NCBI GenBank assembly: GCA_051439505.1
Contig: JBFRWI010000112.1
Coordinates: 1 to 49,681 of the forward strand
DNA from: Hormoscilla sp.
Lineage (GTDB): Bacteria; Cyanobacteriota; Cyanobacteriia; Cyanobacteriales; Desertifilaceae
Reading direction: 5' to 3'
Length of the DNA: 49,681 nucleotides
Shown: in pieces, positions 30,778 to 39,666 of the stretch
Position numbering within the stretch: the first letter of the stretch is position 1
How the letters are laid out: every line of letters begins with the position of its first letter
Position numbers and translations under genes: made by a program
The notes under the pieces: model-generated
The model's input: only the letters and a program-made list of their open reading frames with translations
What the model was told of the DNA's origin: nothing
Databases searched by the model: none

Positions 30778-31920
30778 TCAGTGTTGATCCAGCAGTGCGA
30801 GCAAGCGGTCAATATCAAAATGATCTGCCATCAGCTTGGAGATACATTCCACCTTTACCGGTTCGTGCAGGCGCACCTTGCCAAAAGCCCTGTCAATAAT
30901 TTCCACCGTACTCAGGGTATCCTTGTCAACCGACAGAATTGGTACCTCTAACTCTTTGGCCCGGTTGAGGACGATGTCCGAGGGGGGGATGTGACCTGTC
31001 AGCACCAGACATTGAGTAGAAGTGTCCAGGGCTGCTTGCTGAATATCCGTGCGATCGCCACCCGTCACCACCGCCATATTTTCCCCTTTCGCGAAATATT
31101 TGAGGGCCAAGTTAACATTCATCGCCCCGATTCTCAGGCTTTCGACCATCAAATCTAGCCTATCTGGCCGACAGAGCACCTCAGCCTCAAGCTGCCGCAC
31201 CAGTTCCCCTACACTCACACCTCGGAGTAAATTGCTTCTGGGCAATCCGCCCAACACCGGTATCCCCTGAGCTTCCAGAAAGGGTACAATGGTTTGGTCA
31301 AAAATTTCCTGCTTTTCGGTGGTAATATCATTAATCAACACACCCACCAATCGATCGCCCAGACGCTGTGAGGCCGACAACAGCCCATCGACCATCCGTT
31401 CTGTATACGCAGTGCGCGATGCCGTCGCGCTGTCAAATCTCGCCACCAGTAGCACCCCTGCGGATACCACCGTCGCTATCTGTAGCAAAGACAAGTCAAA
31501 TAAACTCCCCTCTGCTAAAGTTCCTGGCCCTTCCAGCAACACCAGAGAGTCCGGCGGCACTTGGGAGTATTTTTCATGCAACTGCTGGGTAACAGTTCTC
31601 TCTTTATCCACAGATAGGCCAGTTTCAATTGACTGTTCATCCACACACTCAATAGTTGGCAGCAGGTTCTCGGGGGGCAGTTTCAGAGTTTCGGCAATAA
31701 ATTCAGTATCTGGGTCCCCTATCCACCCAACCTGATTGGCATTTTTACAGCTAAAACAATTTCCCAGAGGCTTCCCGTAGACTATGGACAGTCCCTTTGA
31801 CTGCAACTGACTCGCCAGTCCTAGGATGGTAGCTGACTTACCAGCGTTAGCTTCCAGAGAGCCAACTAGGAGATATCTAGAGTTCTTTGGCACCTTCTCG
31901 TCTCCGACAGAATTATTCAT
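30778..31920 (-). CDS. phosphotransacetylase N-terminal-like (AAA_26 + DRTGG) protein
   Basis: GKSATILG, YGKPLG, LLEGPG, IGAMN, VTGGDRTDIQ. Confidence 0.88.
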   Translation of the reverse strand: MNNSVGDEKVPKNSRYLLVGSLEANAGKSATILGLASQLQSKGLSIVYGKPLGNCFSCKNANQVGWIGDPDTEFIAETLKLPPENLLPTIECVDEQSIETGLSVDKERTVTQQLHEKYSQVPPDSLVLLEGPGTLAEGSLFDLSLLQIATVVSAGVLLVARFDSATASRTAYTERMVDGLLSASQRLGDRLVGVLINDITTEKQEIFDQTIVPFLEAQGIPVLGGLPRSNLLRGVSVGELVRQLEAEVLCRPDRLDLMVESLRIGAMNVNLALKYFAKGENMAVVTGGDRTDIQQAALDTSTQCLVLTGHIPPSDIVLNRAKELEVPILSVDKDTLSTVEIIDRAFGKVRLHEPVKVECISKLMADHFDIDRLLALLDQH

Positions 31921-32287
31921 CCAAGCGTAGCAGCTTACGGTAAAAAGTTTGTGGAAAATCCGTCAGCTTAGAACGCTTGTAGTTGATCATCACCTCGATC
32001 AGGAAATCGACAAACTCAAAATTTGCCAGTGACACTTCGTAAGTCAGTTCCGCATTGCCATCAAACTGAATCCGGCAACGAGTCATATCTGCTGGTAGGG
32101 TAGAAACGAACCACGTTGCCAGGAAGGGGATGCTTTCACCCCCTTCTATTTTACGCTCACCTTCCAAAGACGCCTTTTTATAGAGGCTAATCGCTTTCGG
32201 CAACCATGCCCGCTTGTTCCCTTGGTAGTAAGGCAGATATACACCCACGGCGGGCTTGTCGGCTGGCTGGATATTCTCTAGGTCCAT
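31913..32287 (-). CDS. ebsA: type IV pilus/biofilm protein EbsA
   Basis: VYLPYYQG.KR..LPKAISLY...LEGERKIEGG..IPF.ATW; FYRKLLRLDE. Confidence 0.85.
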   Translation of the reverse strand: MDLENIQPADKPAVGVYLPYYQGNKRAWLPKAISLYKKASLEGERKIEGGESIPFLATWFVSTLPADMTRCRIQFDGNAELTYEVSLANFEFVDFLIEVMINYKRSKLTDFPQTFYRKLLRLDE

Positions 32288-32667
32288 ACTCCCATCTTCT
32301 GTCAGTTGTCAGTGGTCAGTTGGGTTCGGTGGGCAGTGCCCACAGTCAGTCAGTTGCCAGTTGATCGGAGTCCTGCCTGTCCATCATACGCAGTCCCCGA
32401 TCGCCAGTCCCCTATCACCAGTCCTCAATACGCGCACAGCAGGCAATCGACAATTACCAGTTTAACAAAGATTAACAAAAACGAAAAAATTGCCTAGAAT
32501 AGAGAGAATCCATGCCTAGTGTCTCCGGGAGCATGTGCTCAAGGCGCTTCCAGGGGACACCGAAGCGGATGAAACACGAGCGCGTATTCGTCGATTGGAC
32601 TTGCGATTGAGATTCGACGAGATCGGACAATTGAGTGTAGATAAATAATTCTAGTGTAAAAGTACCT

Positions 32668-34149
32668 ATGTCGGAGAATTCCTGGCTAGAAAAGGATAGC
32701 TACTCAATAGAGGAGGCTGTGAGCGATTCAAGGTCTGACTCACCTGCGGTGTCTTTTGATCCCTCAGTCAAGGCCGAACAGGCTTGTCTTGAGACATCTG
32801 AAGATGCGATTGTCGAGACATCGGTTGAGTATCGGGGCTATTCAGGACGCAGACGCAAAGCAGCTGTACTGTTGATCGTGATTTGGAGTGGGACGATCGC
32901 CCTGCATTTATTTTCTTGGGGTTTATGGTTCGTGGTGGGGGTAACTGCGATCATGTCAATTCATGCTGTGCGGGTGTTGTCGGCTCAAGGACAGTCGGCG
33001 CCCAAGCCATTGTCGGATGAACCCCTCTGTGAGTGGCCCTATGTATCGTTGCTGGTGGCAGCGAAAAATGAAGAAGCTGTCATTGGTAGGCTAGTGCAGA
33101 TGCTCTGCAATCAGGACTATCCTAGCGAAAGATATGAAGTATGGGTGATAGATGATTATAGTACAGACTCAACACCAGTGTTGTTGGAAAAGCTGCAAAA
33201 AAAATATGTCCAGCTGAAAGTGCTCCGTCGTGCAGCAAATGCTACTGGTGGAAAATCAGGGGCCCTAAATCAGGTATTGCCCCTGACAAAAGGAGAGGTA
33301 TTGGCTGTCTTTGATGCTGATGCTCAGGTTCGGACGGATATGCTCAAACGGGTGTTGCCGATGTTTAAACGGTCCCAGCTGGGGGCGGTGCAGATGCGCA
33401 AGGCGATCGCTAACGAGGGGGTTAACTTCTGGACCCGGGGACAAACTGCTGAAATGGGCCTAGATAGCTATTTCCAGCAGCAGCGGACGGCGATCGGGGG
33501 CATTGGAGAACTGCGGGGTAATGGTCAGTTTGTTCGCCGCTCGGCAATGGAGCGCTGTGGGGGCTGGAATGAAGAGACGATCACTGACGACCTGGATCTA
33601 ACTATTCGCTTACATCTCAATCAGTGGGATGTTGAATTTATGCTCGAACCCGCCGTGCTCGAAGAAGGTGTTACCAGTGCTCTATCCCTTTGGCATCAGC
33701 GCAACCGCTGGGGCGAAGGGGGATATCAACGCTATCTGGACTACTGGCGGTTGATTTTTAGCAACCGCATGGGGTGGCGCAAAACTTGGGATATGTTTAT
33801 GTTCTGGATGATCCAGTATTTCTTACCCAATGCTGCTGTGCCAGACTGCTTGATGGCGATCGCGCGCAACCGACTGCCGGTGCTGACTCCGATGACGGCT
33901 CTGATGCTGGGGATGTCATTGGTGGCCATGTTTACGGGTTTGCGGCGGATCTCTCAAGAGTCGGGAGAACGCGCCAGTCTGCGAACAATTTGGCAGACCT
34001 CATTCCAGACAATGCGCGGCATGTTATATATGCTGCACTGGTTGCTGATTGTCGCCAGTACCGCTGCGAGGATCTCAGTCAGACCTAAACGCCTGAAATG
34101 GGTGAAAACCATACATCAAGGCACCGGTGAAGAGAGCTTCGAGTTTTAA
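32668..34149 (+). CDS. mgdA: GT2 glycosyltransferase, probable monoglucosyldiacylglycerol synthase
   Basis: GRRRKAA, VAAKNEE, GGKSGALN, VFDADA, GELRGNG, ITDDLDL, QRNRW, KRLKWVKT. Confidence 0.8.
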   Translation: MSENSWLEKDSYSIEEAVSDSRSDSPAVSFDPSVKAEQACLETSEDAIVETSVEYRGYSGRRRKAAVLLIVIWSGTIALHLFSWGLWFVVGVTAIMSIHAVRVLSAQGQSAPKPLSDEPLCEWPYVSLLVAAKNEEAVIGRLVQMLCNQDYPSERYEVWVIDDYSTDSTPVLLEKLQKKYVQLKVLRRAANATGGKSGALNQVLPLTKGEVLAVFDADAQVRTDMLKRVLPMFKRSQLGAVQMRKAIANEGVNFWTRGQTAEMGLDSYFQQQRTAIGGIGELRGNGQFVRRSAMERCGGWNEETITDDLDLTIRLHLNQWDVEFMLEPAVLEEGVTSALSLWHQRNRWGEGGYQRYLDYWRLIFSNRMGWRKTWDMFMFWMIQYFLPNAAVPDCLMAIARNRLPVLTPMTALMLGMSLVAMFTGLRRISQESGERASLRTIWQTSFQTMRGMLYMLHWLLIVASTAARISVRPKRLKWVKTIHQGTGEESFEF

Positions 34150-34189
34150 GTTACGTAGGGCGGGCGGATCGCCTGCCCGGAGGTAGCTG

Positions 34190-36859
34190 GTGATTAGCAA
34201 GCCCGCAATTAGCAATGAACAAACAATGACGATCCGTCAAGTTGAAAAAACTGCTCTTTCGGTGCCGCTATATATCATTCTCGTGGTGCCCTTTGTGCTG
34301 CAAATATGCCTAGCCGTGGGCTTGGTATCCTGGTTATCATTGCGTCAGGGACAGCAGGCTGTTGATCGACTTGCTACTCAGCTAAAACGGTCCGTAGGAG
34401 AAAATATGTTGTCTCATCTCCAAACATATTTGTCAACTCCTCATCAGATTAATCAAATTAATGCTGCGGCGATCGAGCAGGGAATATTGGATATCAAAAA
34501 CCCCGCCACATTAGAACGATACTTTTGGCAGCAACTACAAGATTTTCCCTCAGTTAGTTACGCTTACTTCGGGAACTCCCAGGGAGGATATATTGGGGCG
34601 GGACGCCAAGATGACGGCAGTTTGACCATCGAAGCAACAGAAAAGTTCGTCTTCGGCGACTATTATATATATTCTACAGATACGCAAGGGAATAGAGCGG
34701 AGCTATTGAAAGTATCGCCTAATTACGACTCGCGACGGCGACCCTGGTATACAGCTCCAGTGGCAGATGGGGAGGCCACATGGAGTGAAATTTATCCATT
34801 TTTTGCCGAACTTACCCTGGGTATTGCTGCTAGTCAGCCAGTCTACGATCGAAAAGGCAATCTGCTGGGGGTTTTAGCTACGGAGTTAGTGCTCTCACAA
34901 TTGGGTGACTTCCTAGCAAGTTTGCAAATTGGAAATAATGGTCATCTTTTTATTATCGAACCCTCTGGAGAAATAGTGGCAAGTTCGACAAGAGAACCGC
35001 CATTCATACTCAACCCCGATCGCACGGGTGCGAAACGACTGCCAGCAGCTAAAAGCACGATACCATTAATTCGCAAGACATGGCAGTATTTGACAGAATA
35101 TTTTAGCGATCTGCATAAAATAGATCGCACCGTGCAACTCAAGTTTAAGCTGGACGGTCAGTGGCAATTCCTACAGGTGACGCCACTCTCAGACGATCGG
35201 GGGATTAACTGGCTAATTGTCATTGTCGTTCCCGAAAGGGACTTCATGGAGCAAATTAATACTAACACCCGCATCACTATTATCCTCTGTCTGATAGCTT
35301 TGCTGTTGTCCGCGATCGCGGGAATTATGATTTATCGCTGGATAGCCCAGCCGGTTATGCAGTTGAGCAAAGCTGTGAAGAGTTTAGCGCAGCAGGCCCA
35401 GTCAGGGGACTTAAGGACATGCTGCTCGTTACCAGAAGTAGAGGTGCGGGGGGTGAAAGAAATCGCAGTTTTGGCGGACTCTTTTACAGAAATGGCTGCT
35501 CAACTGCGGGAGTATCTTACCTTTTTAGAAAGAACTAATGAGGAGCTAGAAAAGCGAGTATACCAACGGACAGCTCAACTGCAACAAGACATGCTCGATC
35601 GCACGATGGCGGAGTCCGACTGGCTGCTAGAGAAAACCCAACTGCTAGAGCAAGCTCAACTGCTAGAGCAACGAGTCGAGCAACGAACAGCGGCACTGAT
35701 CTCAGCTAAAGATGCTGCTGAAGCTGCTAATCTTGCTAAGAGCAGCTTTCTGGCGCAGCTGAGTCATTCACTGGGTACTCCTATTAACGCTATCCTTGAC
35801 TTTACCGCAGTGACGAAAAACGACGTATCCCTAAATCCGTTGCAGCAGGAAAATCTAGAAATAATTAGTCGGAGTGCCGAAGATTTACTCGCCCTCAGGG
35901 ATGACATTGGGCAGCTTGAAAAATTTTCCACGGGTAGGGTGACCCTGGAGGAACATAGCTTTGACTTGTACGAGCTGCTGTCAAGTCTAGAACAGATTTT
36001 TCAACCCCAAGCTGCATCTAAGCAACTGCAACTGATATTCGATCGGGCAGCCTCTGTGCCCCAATATGTGAGAACTGATGCCGGGAAATTGCGTCAAGTG
36101 TTGATTAACCTCTTGGAGAATGCGATCGAATTTACTGTAGCAGGCACTGTCACTTTAAGAGTACACCGAGATAGTGACAATGGACATCTGCTGTTTGCAG
36201 TTGCAGATACCGGTCTTGGCATCGCCCCTGACGAGTTGGAAACTTTGTTTGAACCTTTTAAATGCACGGAACGTTGGTCAATGTCATCCGGCACTGGTTT
36301 CAGTTTACCCATTACTAGACAACTCGTGCAAATGATGGGCGGAGATATTACTGTTAACAGTAGAAGTGGTATGGGTACTACTTTTACTTTTGATATTCAA
36401 GTTGATGTGGCATCTGCGTCCTCAGTGCAGACCCAGATGCCAAAAAGGCGGGCGATCGCTCTTGAACCGGCACAACCTAGATATCGCATTCTCGTAGTTG
36501 AGGACTGTTGGGATGACCGCAAAAGGCTAGTAAAACTGCTGATATCTCTAGGCTTTGAAGTGCTAGAAGCGGCCAATGGTGAAGAAGCAATTAATGTCTG
36601 GTCAACTGGGTCACCTTACCTAATCTTGATGGATATGGGGATGCCCGTGATGGATGGCTATGAGGCTACTAACCATATTAGATCTAAGCTCAAAGGTCAG
36701 ACAACAGGAATTATTGCTATGACTGCTAATGCTTTGGAGTCAGACCAGGTAATTGCTTTTCCCAATACTTGGGATGATTTTATCAGTAAGCCTTTCCCAG
36801 AAGAGCTGCTGTTAGATAAGATAGCTCAACATTTGGGAGTAAGCTATCTTTATGAATGA
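34190..36859 (+). CDS. hybrid sensor histidine kinase (dCache-HAMP-HisKA-HATPase-REC)
   Basis: YDSRRRPWY Cache motif, HAMP, LSHSLGTP H box, DTGLGI, ILMDMGMPVMDG receiver; several motifs are degenerate. Confidence 0.9.
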   Translation: MISKPAISNEQTMTIRQVEKTALSVPLYIILVVPFVLQICLAVGLVSWLSLRQGQQAVDRLATQLKRSVGENMLSHLQTYLSTPHQINQINAAAIEQGILDIKNPATLERYFWQQLQDFPSVSYAYFGNSQGGYIGAGRQDDGSLTIEATEKFVFGDYYIYSTDTQGNRAELLKVSPNYDSRRRPWYTAPVADGEATWSEIYPFFAELTLGIAASQPVYDRKGNLLGVLATELVLSQLGDFLASLQIGNNGHLFIIEPSGEIVASSTREPPFILNPDRTGAKRLPAAKSTIPLIRKTWQYLTEYFSDLHKIDRTVQLKFKLDGQWQFLQVTPLSDDRGINWLIVIVVPERDFMEQINTNTRITIILCLIALLLSAIAGIMIYRWIAQPVMQLSKAVKSLAQQAQSGDLRTCCSLPEVEVRGVKEIAVLADSFTEMAAQLREYLTFLERTNEELEKRVYQRTAQLQQDMLDRTMAESDWLLEKTQLLEQAQLLEQRVEQRTAALISAKDAAEAANLAKSSFLAQLSHSLGTPINAILDFTAVTKNDVSLNPLQQENLEIISRSAEDLLALRDDIGQLEKFSTGRVTLEEHSFDLYELLSSLEQIFQPQAASKQLQLIFDRAASVPQYVRTDAGKLRQVLINLLENAIEFTVAGTVTLRVHRDSDNGHLLFAVADTGLGIAPDELETLFEPFKCTERWSMSSGTGFSLPITRQLVQMMGGDITVNSRSGMGTTFTFDIQVDVASASSVQTQMPKRRAIALEPAQPRYRILVVEDCWDDRKRLVKLLISLGFEVLEAANGEEAINVWSTGSPYLILMDMGMPVMDGYEATNHIRSKLKGQTTGIIAMTANALESDQVIAFPNTWDDFISKPFPEELLLDKIAQHLGVSYLYE

Positions 36860-36903
36860 TTTTTTGAGATGAATTTATCCTTAACCATACGCTAGAAAAA
36901 AAA

Positions 36904-36935
36904 GATCGTCCCACTCTAAAAATGAGAGGACGATC
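36904..36935. terminator. bidirectional hairpin between convergent genes
   Basis: GATCGTCC...GGACGATC stem preceded by an A run. Confidence 0.55.
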
Positions 36936-36992
36936 GTAATCTATTCAAGAATTAGAGCAAATTAAAAAAAATACTTCAATTCTAACAAAAAG

Positions 36993-39260
36993 CTAAGGCA
37001 GACTTTCGCAAGCAATGCCATTTTTGTCCCGATCGAGCCGGAACGGATCGCCAGGGAAGGCATCCAGTACGGTTTGGGCCGCTTCCTGGGAGGCAAAATC
37101 AGAACAATTGCAATCAGAGTTGACACAATCTGGTAATGGTAAGGGAAGGCTCTGTTTGGATATCTGCTCTTCTTTGGCAGGGCCCGTGGAGGAAAATGAG
37201 GCCATCCCCGTCACGCCATAAGCTTCTCCGACTTTCGTCCAGTCGTTGCCCGTGTCTGGTCCTATTGCCCCGCGCTGATAAAGTCCATCATAGGCTGTGA
37301 CATAAAGTTGTCCATTGTGGGATGCCATCGCTGTCACGCCATAAGCTTCTCCGACCTTCGTCCAGTCGTTGCCCGTGCCTGGTCCTATTGCCCCACGCTG
37401 ATAAAGTCCCTGACCTGCCGTGACATAAAGATGAGTTTTTTCTTCGGCTACTGAGATGTCCCCTGCTGGTTTGGTCAATTTTACTTGAAATAAGAGAGGA
37501 CCAGCATATTCCTCGGGACCATTGTTAACGAAAGTAAGTTGAGCATCGGTTACCTGAGATACTTGTATTTCGCGCTCAATGGTGGTCAGCTCTGTAGAGG
37601 GGGGGAACTGTTCTTCAAAAAGATCCCCAAGCTTGACAGTATAAGTGTTTTCGGAGAAGCCGTTTCGACTCATCTCAAACGAGAGCTTGTAGATGCCAGG
37701 GGTGAAGGTAAATGTTTTTTTGGTCGAGATCGTTCCCAGACCTCCCGAGCCACTCAGATCCAAGTAAGCTCCGTGACCCGGATAAAAGTCATATACCGTG
37801 GTTCCGTCTTCTTTATTCCCGATGACATCGATGTTGTTGACTACATCCCAGTTAGCCAAAGCTGTAGCCCCAAGTTTCAAGGCTTCTTCATCGAACGTAT
37901 CTGCAAAAATTACAGCAGTGGGTTCACAGCCATAGTCTGAGTAGAAGCCTCCCGGTGCAGTCCAATCACCGTTTTTTTCGACATTATCTGAGATCTCTAT
38001 AGCTGGTGCTGGCTTAACAGCTTTCAAAGCACTCAACGTAAAGCCGACAGACTGGAAGCTAGACGTAGAGGTGATGTTGAACTTCAACGGCTTTTCAGGC
38101 CCAAACACCCCTTTTATCCTGACTGCAAAACCATCATTGGCAGTGTTCGCTGAACCCGGGCAAGTGATGACGTTGTTTGCCAGAGTGGTGTGGTTCCTGT
38201 CTAGTAACTCCACATCTAAATACCCAAAGTCAAAGGACATTTGCTCCGTCGTCCAGTTTACCAACAGCAAAGGATTTTTAATGTTGCTGTCAAAGGTAAT
38301 GGTTTGCTCTTGGGTGGGGTTGATGCGAGCGTCTGCACCCAAAATGCCTGCGTTTTTATAGGTAACACCGTTGGGAACGGCATCGTTTGTTGCAGGGATC
38401 TTTCCCCAGTCAACGTCCAAAAATGTCCCCGCGTTCCAAACTTTAACGGTTGTGTAGTTGACCTGGATCCCGTCCAAATCACCTGCGCCCGTGCCATCGA
38501 CAGTACGGTCAGCTTGCCAATTAACTGTCTCATCTACACGACTGATTTGAGCTGTGAAGGTACTCATGTCGTTGAAATCGTTTGCACCAGGGGCGATCGC
38601 CAAGTCAATCGTTGAACCAACCTTTATACCTTCTGCGATGAGGGAGTAATCTATACCCGTGGTATCTCCAGCAGCAATCTGCTTTGACCAGATGGTTTTG
38701 CCATCGACAATGATGCTACCAATCACGCCATCTCGGGGACCATCCGCACGCCCATCGATCTTAGCCAGATGTCCGGTGATGGATATGCTACCGGAAAACG
38801 GACTTACCCAACGACGAACCGCCCACTGATCTTCTGTTTTGCGTCCCCCACTGGTTGTGACCGAGTTGGGATGCGCCCCCTCTGCCGACAGGACCGTCCA
38901 GTAAGCCCCAGGCTCTACTGACCACCTGTTGCCGCTGTTGACGTCAAAGCCGTCAAAGTCAAATTCGGGCATTTCCTTGAAGTCGGCGCTGGTCATATCC
39001 CCTGAGTAGTAGCCATAGTACCAGTTATTTTCCCCCTGAATCCCAGAAAAATCCTGGAGAGAATCTGCGGTCCCATCAGAGATCTCGATCTCTGAAATTT
39101 CCCGCAGCTCAACAGTAGGATCCTTAACGTGTGTTCGGGCTAGGGCTATATCTGGCCCGATCGCCAGGGAACCCATTGACAATATCATCAACAGAACTGT
39201 CATTATCAAAGCCCGAAAGCAACTCATACGAGTTTTTCTCACTATTTTCTCCTTCCACAA
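36993..39260 (-). CDS. secreted multidomain protein with propeller-like repeats and a C-terminal Excalibur-type Ca-binding domain
   Basis: signal peptide; two 40-aa repeats (LYVTA..GLYQRGAIGP.TGNDWTKVGEAYGVT); DCNCSDF..Q..AQ...DPFRLDRDKNGIACESLP. Confidence 0.8.
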   Translation of the reverse strand: MWKEKIVRKTRMSCFRALIMTVLLMILSMGSLAIGPDIALARTHVKDPTVELREISEIEISDGTADSLQDFSGIQGENNWYYGYYSGDMTSADFKEMPEFDFDGFDVNSGNRWSVEPGAYWTVLSAEGAHPNSVTTSGGRKTEDQWAVRRWVSPFSGSISITGHLAKIDGRADGPRDGVIGSIIVDGKTIWSKQIAAGDTTGIDYSLIAEGIKVGSTIDLAIAPGANDFNDMSTFTAQISRVDETVNWQADRTVDGTGAGDLDGIQVNYTTVKVWNAGTFLDVDWGKIPATNDAVPNGVTYKNAGILGADARINPTQEQTITFDSNIKNPLLLVNWTTEQMSFDFGYLDVELLDRNHTTLANNVITCPGSANTANDGFAVRIKGVFGPEKPLKFNITSTSSFQSVGFTLSALKAVKPAPAIEISDNVEKNGDWTAPGGFYSDYGCEPTAVIFADTFDEEALKLGATALANWDVVNNIDVIGNKEDGTTVYDFYPGHGAYLDLSGSGGLGTISTKKTFTFTPGIYKLSFEMSRNGFSENTYTVKLGDLFEEQFPPSTELTTIEREIQVSQVTDAQLTFVNNGPEEYAGPLLFQVKLTKPAGDISVAEEKTHLYVTAGQGLYQRGAIGPGTGNDWTKVGEAYGVTAMASHNGQLYVTAYDGLYQRGAIGPDTGNDWTKVGEAYGVTGMASFSSTGPAKEEQISKQSLPLPLPDCVNSDCNCSDFASQEAAQTVLDAFPGDPFRLDRDKNGIACESLP

Positions 39261-39666
39261 TTATTGAGCTTCATGCAATGCTTGGACTCTGCCCTCTGCC
39301 CAAACTTGCCGATCGCACTTTCCCACAATTTCTCTTCTCTTGTTATCTATCTCTGGTTATAAATTCGCACCAATTGTTCTCACCGGTAGAGTCGCGCCCT
39401 TGGCCCCGCTTGCACGAAGGAAGTTTTCCGGGTCGCGCTCAGTTCCCGTTGGCAAGATCTCTGGCATAGTCGATCGCACCACATTTACCACCGGTTAGCA
39501 GGCAAACAAATGAACTGGCGATCGCCCTATACCACAATTCCCACTTAGATTACCATCTATCTCTGGTATGAGACTAAATTTAACCATCTGCTTTAATTTT
39601 GAAGAAAGAATTGTGAATTGCTGAAGCGTTATTCACAATTCGCAATTTTAAATTTGCAATTTTCTA

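Noticed and set aside
39380..39470. Riboswitch upstream of the secreted mosaic protein
   Set aside because: GC-rich and partly self-complementary, but I could not match c-di-GMP, c-di-AMP, cobalamin or glutamine riboswitch consensus by eye; an Rfam scan is needed
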